Below are positions 56,570-64,000 of a stretch of DNA of 64,000 nucleotides, one piece after another. The first letter of the stretch is position 1; each line of letters begins with the position of its first letter. Source of the stretch: a virus; IMG/VR virus record IMGVR_UViG_3300010224_000001, positions 1 through 64,000 of that record. One strand, given 5' to 3'. A model generated the notes under the pieces. That model saw only the letters and a program-made list of their open reading frames with translations. It was not told where the DNA came from and ran no database searches. The translations under genes and the position numbers were made by a program.

Positions 56570-57280
56570 TTAAGCCGCAGCCGGGGTGGCAACCATTTCG
56601 ACGTTGTACGGCGTGATGGTTTTCTTGGTGAACAGGTTACCCACCGCATTAGCTGCTTTCACAGCCAGGTCCTTGGATGCGATTGCGCCACGCACCAGCA
56701 GGTCTTTGGCGCCGACAGCACCACGGATTGCCAGGTCGCCGACTTTCTGGAAGATGGTCGGAGCAGTGGTTTGGTTGGTCTCGATCGTGGCTTCGGTGAC
56801 GGTGACGTCAGCCGGGATTTCGACCGTGACATTGGTGGCAGTGGTTTCGGTCAGACCGTGAACCATGTTGGCATTGCGGCCGCGGGTCAGGACCAGAGCA
56901 GCGACAGCAGCGACGATGGCGGCCAGAGTCAGGCCGACGACGACCTTGTGTTCGACGACGTACACCTTGGTGACGGTGAACTTGTTGACGACGAACGCTT
57001 TGGCGCGCTTCCAGAACGATTCTTTCTGTTCGTTGTTGAGCTGCTGTTCCGCACCCTTGGCGTCGCCGTCGAAGACCAGGCCGAGTTCAGCCGTCATTTC
57101 CTTCATCTCGGAAACCAGCTCGGCCTTCTTGGCTTCGTCGGTTTCGGCTTCGATCTTGACATGCAGCGCCAGGATGGCTTCGCGCACGGCTTTGAGGGAG
57201 GCTTTGATGTTTTGTTTCACGGCTTGATCCTTGGCGTTGTCTTCAGCTTTGGCGTTGTTTTGGTTTGCGTTGTTGTTCAT
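56570..57280 (-). CDS. Early membrane protein with coiled coil, one TM helix and a T-rich linker
   Basis: Start MNNNANQ; VVVGLTLAAIVAAVAALVL; optimised codons. Confidence 0.75.
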   Translation of the reverse strand: MNNNANQNNAKAEDNAKDQAVKQNIKASLKAVREAILALHVKIEAETDEAKKAELVSEMKEMTAELGLVFDGDAKGAEQQLNNEQKESFWKRAKAFVVNKFTVTKVYVVEHKVVVGLTLAAIVAAVAALVLTRGRNANMVHGLTETTATNVTVEIPADVTVTEATIETNQTTAPTIFQKVGDLAIRGAVGAKDLLVRGAIASKDLAVKAANAVGNLFTKKTITPYNVEMVATPAAA

Positions 57281-57338
57281 GATGTTCTTTCTGATTTTAA
57301 AAGATTGGAGATTGGTTGATTGGTTGGAGCTTTTCGAT

Positions 57339-57749
57339 TTACGCGGTTGCCGCGTCGGACGGTGCCGGGACATCTTTCAGCTCCTTGTTGTTGAACTTCT
57401 CGTAGACCGTGATGACGGCGGCCAGGATCAGACCAGCGATCAGGACGAACAGCGTGGCTTTGAACATGACCTTGGCCAGCTGCCAGCCGATGTACAGCGC
57501 GACGATGCCGCAGGCCAGGTTGATCAGTTGCACCAGGGCGTACTTGACCGGAGTTTTCGGGTCAGCCACGCTGATGTCATTGCCGTCGGCGCCGACGAGT
57601 TCGACTTCCGGCTGCTCTTTCTTCAGAGTGACTTCGGCGTTCATCGCGGCGGCTTCAGCCTGGGCTTCTTTCCAACCCATCGGTTTCAGTTCGATCAGTT
57701 TGCCGACCATGACAGCGACGGTATCGATGATGTTTTTCAGTTGGTTCAT
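57339..57749 (-). CDS. Early membrane protein (2 TM)
   Basis: AAAGGA RBS before MNQLKNII. Confidence 0.75.
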   Translation of the reverse strand: MNQLKNIIDTVAVMVGKLIELKPMGWKEAQAEAAAMNAEVTLKKEQPEVELVGADGNDISVADPKTPVKYALVQLINLACGIVALYIGWQLAKVMFKATLFVLIAGLILAAVITVYEKFNNKELKDVPAPSDAATA

Positions 57750-57783
57750 GATGTTTCCTTTCAGATTAAATAAACTACGGGAA

Positions 57784-58119
57784 TTATGCCAGCGAGAAAT
57801 TCTCTGCTTGGCTTTGTGGCTGTTGTTCAGCCATGTTCTTGAAGATTGTTGCCGCATCAAGGAAAATCGATCCAATGATGCTAACAACATCCAGTACTAC
57901 CAGTGAACGGAAGATGCTGAGCATGATTGCATAATCCGGCAAGAAGAATGTGAACAGAATCCACGCCGCATACGTCACTAACCGACCAGCGGTGGTACGG
58001 TCAAGTTGATCGTTCTTACCAGCTTCTGCATTCTTAGCACAGCGCTTAATAAGACCCCAAGTATTGCGATAGCTCGCAATACCCAGACTCTTTACCAAAT
58101 ACCACAGCTCTTTAAACAT
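57784..58119 (-). CDS. Small membrane protein
   Basis: 111 aa, hydrophobic C-terminal half. Confidence 0.7.
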   Translation of the reverse strand: MFKELWYLVKSLGIASYRNTWGLIKRCAKNAEAGKNDQLDRTTAGRLVTYAAWILFTFFLPDYAIMLSIFRSLVVLDVVSIIGSIFLDAATIFKNMAEQQPQSQAENFSLA

Positions 58120-58121
58120 GG

Positions 58122-58427
58122 TTATTCCGGAAACGCAGCAGTGAAGCGCGAACCGCCCAGGAACTTCTCACCGTTTTCCAGAACACTGAACAGAACGCTC
58201 GAGAAGAACAGACCGAAGGCGAAGGTGTACAGCGCTTTGGTCAGCAGCAGCGGCGCGAAGTAAACCATCAGCAGCAGAACCACCGGAACCATGAAGTGGA
58301 TGGCGCGTTCGACTTGAGCAACCGAAGCTTTCTCGGTAACTTTGCTGTGCATGAAGCCCGCGACACGCGTCACAGCGTGATCGTAAATCAGGTTGATGGC
58401 TTTCAGCAGCGAGATGATGAATTTCAT
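58122..58427 (-). CDS. Small membrane protein (2 TM)
   Basis: AAGGAG RBS, 101 aa. Confidence 0.72.
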   Translation of the reverse strand: MKFIISLLKAINLIYDHAVTRVAGFMHSKVTEKASVAQVERAIHFMVPVVLLLMVYFAPLLLTKALYTFAFGLFFSSVLFSVLENGEKFLGGSRFTAAFPE

Positions 58428-58482
58428 GACAATACTCCTTAAAGATTATTGATATTAAAAACTACGGAAGGTACAGCAGGTG

Positions 58483-58824
58483 TTACACGTTGACGGGTTT
58501 CGTGGTGTCGAAGTAGGAACCAAACGTCTTCGATTCCACACCTTTCAATGCCATGAAAACTTCCGCAACAGTGGTGATGATACGGATTGCCAGCGACAGC
58601 TTGAGCCAGAACACCGAGATGGCGACCAGGTATTGCGGGACGGTAGCGATCAGCGACATCACGAAGATGACGCGGATCATGATGCCGAAAGTGGTGGTGT
58701 AGTAGTTCAGGTTTTCTTCGGTAGCCATGTCGATCATCGGACCGACGAGGAAATCGACGACGTTGTCGAGGATGATCATCAGGATTTTGAAGATGGCTTG
58801 GGTGATGTTTTTAATAGCGTTCAT
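58483..58824 (-). CDS. Small membrane protein
   Basis: GGAG RBS, 113 aa, hydrophobic. Confidence 0.72.
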   Translation of the reverse strand: MNAIKNITQAIFKILMIILDNVVDFLVGPMIDMATEENLNYYTTTFGIMIRVIFVMSLIATVPQYLVAISVFWLKLSLAIRIITTVAEVFMALKGVESKTFGSYFDTTKPVNV

Positions 58825-58848
58825 GATAAGCTCCGGTAAATGTTTAAG

Positions 58849-59124
58849 TTAAGCGATCAGGGCACGAGCATCGTCGTAGTCCCAGATGAACCAGCAGGTA
58901 ATCGAGAAGATGACAAATGCGAACGGTGCACCGACTTGAGCGCACAGATAAAAGAAGCCAGCGGTGAACAGCGACATTACTATCCAAGAAGCCGTACCGA
59001 TGAAACCGGTTTTAGCTTCGCAGATGTTACTGAACGAGCCACGAATGATCATGGCAATTGCCAGCAAGGGCGTCTTGATGAGAAAGACGATAACCTTGAT
59101 GATGAGAGCTTTAAATTGTGCCAC
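58849..59124 (-). CDS. Small membrane protein (3 TM)
   Basis: AAGGAG RBS, GTG start. Confidence 0.72.
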   Translation of the reverse strand: MAQFKALIIKVIVFLIKTPLLAIAMIIRGSFSNICEAKTGFIGTASWIVMSLFTAGFFYLCAQVGAPFAFVIFSITCWFIWDYDDARALIA

Positions 59125-59191
59125 GATATTCTCCTTAAAAAGTTTCAGTTAAAGTAGCGAATTTAATTCATCTCTACTTCTCTTCATGCTA

Positions 59192-59214
59192 GTTATATAT
59201 ACCCGAAACTTTTT
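59192..59214 (-). promoter_or_regulatory. Early promoter candidate
   Basis: AAAAAGTTTCGGGTATATATAAC on the minus strand. Confidence 0.68.
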
Positions 59215-59232
59215 AGCTCCACATTTTCTTTG

Positions 59233-59544
59233 TTAGCAAATGTTCTTGACCGTAATATCGCCGTTATGATCGAGTTCACGGAAGTAGTGGACTTCCATCA
59301 TAAGCGAGTATTCGCACATCCAACGCGAATCGGCGCCTTTGAGTTTCGTGAGGTGGTTGATGGTGGATGGCTTAACTGAAACACACATCTCCTTGTTGTC
59401 GTGCGTGTATACGAAGTCCATCGGACCGATGTTGGTGAACTCGCTGATTTGATCGAGAGTATAGGTTTCAAAAGAATTCGGAATCTTGACAGCAACCGTG
59501 AACAGGTTTTTCAAAGACAAGAGACCGTGGGCGATGATGTTCAT
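59233..59544 (-). CDS. Hypothetical protein
   Basis: 103 aa, AAAGGA RBS. Confidence 0.65.
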   Translation of the reverse strand: MNIIAHGLLSLKNLFTVAVKIPNSFETYTLDQISEFTNIGPMDFVYTHDNKEMCVSVKPSTINHLTKLKGADSRWMCEYSLMMEVHYFRELDHNGDITVKNIC

Positions 59545-59627
59545 GAGGTAATCCTTTCAAGTTAATATTTGACAACAGGTTGGCAGACACATTAGAGAGG
59601 GATCTTAGCCCTCTGTGATGTATCCGA

Positions 59628-59927
59628 TTAATAGCAATCGAATGCGATCTTGGTCATGCTGGTAATCAAGACCGCCATGTCTTCAGGACCTTGCTCGACA
59701 CGATAGCCTGCTGCGCGGATAGCTGCCCACCCATGGATGTTGATACGACCATAGGTGGTGAGATGTTCTTCGCACAGTTCGGTAACACGATCGACCTTTT
59801 CCTTCAGGTAGCTAGGAAGTTCTTCGTAGACATCGTAGCTGGTGATAAATTGCATCTTCGGATGATTCACTCCGAGAACGATTTCGTCTGCATCGAGTTC
59901 ACGGATAGCTTGGATGAGATCTTGCAT
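59628..59927 (-). CDS. Hypothetical protein
   Basis: 99 aa, AAAGGA RBS. Confidence 0.65.
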   Translation of the reverse strand: MQDLIQAIRELDADEIVLGVNHPKMQFITSYDVYEELPSYLKEKVDRVTELCEEHLTTYGRINIHGWAAIRAAGYRVEQGPEDMAVLITSMTKIAFDCY

Positions 59928-59949
59928 TTTGATTTAGTTCCTTTATTAA

Positions 59950-60435
59950 TTATTGATAACGCGGACCGAAGAATTCGAGCAGGTCGTGTTGACTGATACC
60001 TTTATTTTGCATTTTAGACAGAGGATGATCCGCATCGAGTACGAAGATAGCTGGGCGATCTGCTTTACCACGCAGCCTTACTTCAACTCCGAGCATAACG
60101 CTCTCTGCATGGTTAGGCATGCTGTTGGCAATCACCCCCCGAAATTTACCTTCGCAGTCTACGTTGAAGTTCTCGACGTAAAACTTGAAGTCTTTGAAAT
60201 CCACTTCCACCCAGATACCAACCGAGAACGGTACTTCGCGGCCGATTACCGGAATCGGCATGACGGTACGGATGAAGTAACGATCACCGACCCGGCACAG
60301 GTCATCACCGGCGTGCGCAAGCGTTTGTTTCTCTTCTTCGCTCAGTTTCACATAAGCGTCTGGACGAAGAAACTGCGGCTCCAGATTCGTGGTTTCTTTA
60401 CCGCAGCAAGCACATTTTTGTTTACGCATTTCCAT
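59950..60435 (-). CDS. DUF2199-like protein
   Basis: CACCG, DDLC, YFIR...IPVIG, GIWVEV, RP...HPL...Q..GI pattern. Confidence 0.75.
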   Translation of the reverse strand: MEMRKQKCACCGKETTNLEPQFLRPDAYVKLSEEEKQTLAHAGDDLCRVGDRYFIRTVMPIPVIGREVPFSVGIWVEVDFKDFKFYVENFNVDCEGKFRGVIANSMPNHAESVMLGVEVRLRGKADRPAIFVLDADHPLSKMQNKGISQHDLLEFFGPRYQ

Positions 60436-60610
60436 GATTAATTCCTTTCAAATCTTTATTAGTTATTAACAACTTAAAAGTTTTCTTAATAAAAACTTCA
60501 TTTACAGAAAATATAATTGCTGAGTATTTAGTTCACTTTTTTTATTCCAATTGGAAATACAGACTCTTCGATGAAGGCGATTAAGCCCTCATCGAAAAGA
60601 ACTGACTGTG

Positions 60611-60922
60611 TTAAATTGCGTAACCGAGGATGCGCAAGTCATCCCGCACATCCACCTGCAGAGTCGTGGCTTTATCACTGATGCCGCTGCTGACCTTGTA
60701 GCCGTAACCCATGATTCGCCACCAACCACCACCCAGCTGGTACAGCTTGGCGCCGCTCATGGTGAGAATCGGTTCGTTGTTTCGCAAAGCCCAGTGAGCG
60801 CCCTGGCTGAAGTCGAGGTTCGGGTTGTTCTGGAATTCACGAGCACCGTATACCAACAACAGCACCTGCTCTTTCTTCAGTTGCAGTTTGATGGAGGTGC
60901 TGTGACGATTCTTTTTCAGCAT
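60611..60922 (-). CDS. Hypothetical protein
   Basis: AAAGGA RBS before MLKKNRH. Confidence 0.65.
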   Translation of the reverse strand: MLKKNRHSTSIKLQLKKEQVLLLVYGAREFQNNPNLDFSQGAHWALRNNEPILTMSGAKLYQLGGGWWRIMGYGYKVSSGISDKATTLQVDVRDDLRILGYAI

Positions 60923-60965
60923 GATAAATCCTTTCATTATTAAATACTTGTTAAACAGCTATTAT

Positions 60966-61364
60966 TTAATGACAAAATCTTAATTGTTTTGCTACTAAAT
61001 TGTTCTTGCGATAAAAGTCAATACTACCGTTCTCTCCTTCAACGGCATTAACATTAGGGAATTCTCGAGTTACAGTCTTGACTAGAATGCTTCCCAAACC
61101 AATCTTTCGATGTTCTTCTTTTACAAAAGTGTGGATTGTCATGTCATTCTCGAGCAAGCAGATAGCGACTGGAATTACATCTCCTTCATCAGTTTTTCCG
61201 TGACCAATAAGAACTACCTTCTTGACTTCCCCATTCATTGCTTTAGATAAAGCAGGCATAAGCTGCCAACCCAAAATGAACAAATTGGCTACTAGGGCCA
61301 TTGCAGCAAGAACATCATCAGGTTGATCATTGATGAAGTAATAACCCTTTGGTAATGTATTCAT
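60966..61364 (-). CDS. GNAT-family acetyltransferase
   Basis: Motif A FVKEEHRKIGLGSILV and motif B SIDFYRKN. Confidence 0.75.
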   Translation of the reverse strand: MNTLPKGYYFINDQPDDVLAAMALVANLFILGWQLMPALSKAMNGEVKKVVLIGHGKTDEGDVIPVAICLLENDMTIHTFVKEEHRKIGLGSILVKTVTREFPNVNAVEGENGSIDFYRKNNLVAKQLRFCH

Positions 61365-61436
61365 TATCCTTTCTTCCTTAAAGATAAGTTCACTCACTAT
61401 CCCGCTGTATGTCAACGAGATAGTAAGTTACTTGTC

Positions 61437-61829
61437 TTAGTGCGACATACCGTCACCCAGCCAGTAGATCGAACCAGTCTGAGTCAGCACCCGACGCGAT
61501 GCTTTATCGTAACCGATGATCCTGGTAGTAGCACCTTGACCATCAGCGTACTTGATCGTACGGTTCAGGCAGTTGTCGAAGTCTTGATCAACGATACTGC
61601 TGTCGAAACTCCAGCCTTCGAAGATATGAGTCTTGACGACTTTACCACCCAGCTTCAGGTCACGCCGCCATTCGTTCAGTGGTTTCTTGTGACGATTCAA
61701 GAAAGCCACCGTCGCGTTCTTGAACTCCTTGGCACCGTAGTCGTTTTGACCCAGATGCGTTTTGGCGTACAGAACCATGATGTCTTCTTCGCTCATCTCG
61801 AGCAGGTCTTGCATTTTATCTTTGCTCAT
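61437..61829 (-). CDS. Hypothetical protein
   Basis: 130 aa; C-terminal TQTGSIYWLG motif common in small phage proteins. Confidence 0.7.
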   Translation of the reverse strand: MSKDKMQDLLEMSEEDIMVLYAKTHLGQNDYGAKEFKNATVAFLNRHKKPLNEWRRDLKLGGKVVKTHIFEGWSFDSSIVDQDFDNCLNRTIKYADGQGATTRIIGYDKASRRVLTQTGSIYWLGDGMSH

Positions 61830-61871
61830 TTTAGTTCCTTGTTAAAAGCTTGTTGAACAACGGAAAAAATG

Positions 61872-62231
61872 TTACTTGTACGAATCCGGAATTGCGAAGA
61901 TGTGTTGAAGCTGTTCCAGAGTCTGAACGACTCCTTCGGAACCCAGACCAGCTTTCTTCCAGCTTTGACAGATCGCCAAGCTATCTTCGGCCTGATACAT
62001 GATCGCACTAGCCAAGCGGAATACCATTAAATTACCAGTCTTCGTTTTCAGAAGAAAACCTTCGTAGCCGCCGAAAGAATACACAGATTGCATCTGACCG
62101 ACTTCGAGATTTTTCAGAGTATCACTCTTAAGTGCCTTGAGTGCAGTTTCATCGATGTGCACCGCGAAGCCGCTGTTAGCGAATCGCTCCGTGAATGCGT
62201 TATCTGCTGCGACGGAAGTTTTGTTTACCAT
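61872..62231 (-). CDS. Hypothetical protein
   Basis: 119 aa, AAGGAG RBS. Confidence 0.7.
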   Translation of the reverse strand: MVNKTSVAADNAFTERFANSGFAVHIDETALKALKSDTLKNLEVGQMQSVYSFGGYEGFLLKTKTGNLMVFRLASAIMYQAEDSLAICQSWKKAGLGSEGVVQTLEQLQHIFAIPDSYK

Positions 62232-62253
62232 GATTTACTCCTTTGACCATTAA

Positions 62254-62277
62254 AGCCCAGTCTACGTAGACTGGGCT
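62254..62277. terminator. Perfect 24-bp palindrome
   Basis: AGCCCAGTCTACGTAGACTGGGCT. Confidence 0.6.
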
Positions 62278-62285
62278 ATTTACAT

Positions 62286-62615
62286 TTAAGCAGCTTCGGT
62301 TTTCTCAATCCGTTCTTCGATAGCTGCGGCCGATACGCCAATCACGAAGCCCATCGAGCAGAGAATCAAGAATGGTTTCAATTGAAAACCACCAATTACG
62401 AGCGCTGCAACTTGAGACATGAAGAGGTATGTTCCGCCGAACGACAAGAGAGCCGCCGTCAGGAAGATGGCGAACAAATACCAGCAGTAAACAACTTTGT
62501 CAGCCTTCGGCATTTCCGAGAACGACTTCTCTTCCTTAGCTTTCTTAGCCCGAAGCACATTGATACGAGCAGCATTGATGGTTTTCTTGATGAAGGCAGT
62601 GATCTTAGCAAACAT
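62286..62615 (-). CDS. Small early membrane protein
   Basis: AAGGAG RBS; basic N-terminus plus 2-3 TM segments. Confidence 0.72.
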   Translation of the reverse strand: MFAKITAFIKKTINAARINVLRAKKAKEEKSFSEMPKADKVVYCWYLFAIFLTAALLSFGGTYLFMSQVAALVIGGFQLKPFLILCSMGFVIGVSAAAIEERIEKTEAA

Positions 62616-62679
62616 GGTAAACTCCTTTTATTGATATTAACAACGAAAATGAATAGCATCATTGGTACTATTCACACTA

Positions 62680-62700
62680 GTTATATATAACTGAAAAAAT
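62680..62700 (-). promoter_or_regulatory. Early promoter candidate
   Basis: ATTTTTTCAGTTATATATAAC on the minus strand. Confidence 0.7.
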
Positions 62701-62752
62701 CTAGTGCCACATTAGAAAAAGAAAGAACAAGAGGGGTTTCCCCCTCCTGTCT

Positions 62753-62878
62753 TTATTTCTTACTTGGGAACTTCTTATCCAGGTATGCAATGTACTCGTT
62801 CCACATCCGATCCGCGTCACCCATGACTGCACGGAAGCTTTCCACAAAACCATTCATAAAAGCCATTACGTATTTCAT
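62753..62878 (-). CDS. Small early protein (41 aa)
   Basis: Not in the ORF track; AAAGGA RBS, MKYVMAFMNGFVESFRAVMGDADRMWNEYIAYLDKKFPSKK; own promoter-like motif at ~62929-62954 and terminator at ~62727-62750. Confidence 0.6.
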   Translation of the reverse strand: MKYVMAFMNGFVESFRAVMGDADRMWNEYIAYLDKKFPSKK

Positions 62879-63006
62879 CTTCATTCCTTTAAAGTTGATA
62901 TTTGAGCGAATAGTTTCTGCTATTCAAATTCAATATACGTAATTGAAATTTTTTAGTTCAATATTCAAACATACGGCATAAAGTCCAGCCTTAGGCCGGA
63001 CCTTTT

Positions 63007-63282
63007 TTAGTTCTGAGAATCTTGTATTGCGTTACGAATCCATGCTAACAGCTGAATGGGTTCATTTTGGTATATAGCAGCTATGTGGATTGCATTCAGT
63101 TCATCAGTAGAATACAACTCTTTGCAGATTTGATAACGATGGAAACCAGTAACCGCTCCATCAGAACCTTTTCCCTGATTAGTACAAAGCATCCATACTT
63201 TCTTCCCATGAATCTCAGTTTCAGCAAACTTAAATGGGCGTGTGGCCGGGAGCACACCTTTACATTGATTATCAGATAACAT
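63007..63282 (-). CDS. Hypothetical protein
   Basis: 91 aa, AGGGG RBS, followed by a hairpin and TTATGCCGT. Confidence 0.55.
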   Translation of the reverse strand: MLSDNQCKGVLPATRPFKFAETEIHGKKVWMLCTNQGKGSDGAVTGFHRYQICKELYSTDELNAIHIAAIYQNEPIQLLAWIRNAIQDSQN

Positions 63283-63843
63283 TGTTACCCCTATAGTTTT
63301 TACTTACCCAAAAGGGTTTTCCCCCTTTTGCATTAGAGTCGGATCCCTTCGGGGCTCCTCCTAAGGAGAGGCCCCCTTTCCCCCAAGACCTTTATTCTTG
63401 TTTCTACTATCTTCTTCGTTCTCCACCGTCGAACTCGAAGTTACGCTCGCTTACTCGCTAATTAATAAAGATCATGAGTATTTTTTTACTTTTAGGAAAT
63501 TAATTGAAACAAAGCAATACTTATCGACCCGAGAGGGTCTTTTAAAAGAAAATTTTTTAAGAAGAATAACGAGCCCCTTGAAGGGCTCTTTTCTAGGAAT
63601 AGTAAGATTTTAACCTACAAGAAAACAGACTAGGTATAGATAGGTTTTAAACTCACTCAATCTACCCTAAGGGTAAAGAGATTAAAAAATGTGATATAAA
63701 GGGGCGCGACCGGGGCGGCAGGCAACGGGTCGGGGTGCGGGTGGCGGCAGGCATGCCCCATACTGTGACTGCCATTTTGTATTTGCCTTTCTGGTGTACA
63801 TGGCAACATGGCTGATGTCATCTAATTCAAAAGGATTCCTGTT

Positions 63844-64000
63844 ATGAAAAATCTGTTTAGTACAATTTTAGGTTTACCTTCTCGTTATGCCGTTGTTTTG
63901 GAATCGGAAGATGTGCTGACCGACTCGACCCCACAGGTTGTCTTCACTGGTCCGTTAGCGGATGTCTTTACGCAAGCATTGGATCAAGTTTTAGCTAAGG
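63844..64000 (+). CDS. N-terminus of a probable virion protein, truncated by the window edge
   Basis: AAAGGA RBS; MKNLFSTILGLPSRYAVVLESEDVLTDSTPQVVFTGPLADVFTQALDQVLAK. Confidence 0.65.
   Translation, partial: MKNLFSTILGLPSRYAVVLESEDVLTDSTPQVVFTGPLADVFTQALDQVLAK

Noticed and set aside
56567-59157. Plus-strand ORFs of 90-250 aa
   Set aside because: Antisense to minus-strand membrane genes that mostly have clear RBSs and share a promoter
63398-63613. 71-aa plus-strand ORF
   Set aside because: TTG start without RBS inside a low-complexity intergenic region
1-64000. tRNA, rRNA, transposase, integrase, retron or reverse transcriptase
   Set aside because: No cloverleaf with a CCA end and no corresponding protein motifs recognised by eye; tRNAscan-SE and HMM searches would be needed to exclude them fully

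Overview
This window is 64 kb of a nucleus-forming, phiKZ-like jumbo phage (Chimalliviridae), read mostly on the minus strand. It holds the core block that in phiKZ spans roughly gp32-gp93. That block includes virion head/inner-body and baseplate genes, both halves of the split family-B DNA polymerase, a virion RNAP beta' segment, an SF2 helicase and four intron-free non-virion RNAP subunits. It also includes PicA/Imp1, ChmC, SbcD, chimallin (ChmA) and the tubulin PhuZ. An accessory early region of small, largely membrane proteins and a divergent non-coding region follow. phiKZ gene numbers are assigned from recalled motifs plus gene order, not from a database search. The most notable unexplained signals are: (1) an 815-aa protein next to phuZ that appears to be built from degenerate PhuZ/tubulin-like repeats; (2) a perfect T_TTT_TTT -1 frameshift site joining two core ORFs in tail-assembly-chaperone style; (3) two ~0.4-0.5 kb structured non-coding RNA candidates, one with an anti-Shine-Dalgarno loop, near the two ends of a 7-gene array of divergent paralogs; (4) a probable ATC start codon in the catalytic nvRNAP subunit; (5) a TATG-initiated motif flanking the transcript-end hairpins; (6) an SSB-like C-terminal tail on ChmC; (7) an early operon of small membrane proteins. 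No tRNA, rRNA, CRISPR array or mobile element was recognised.
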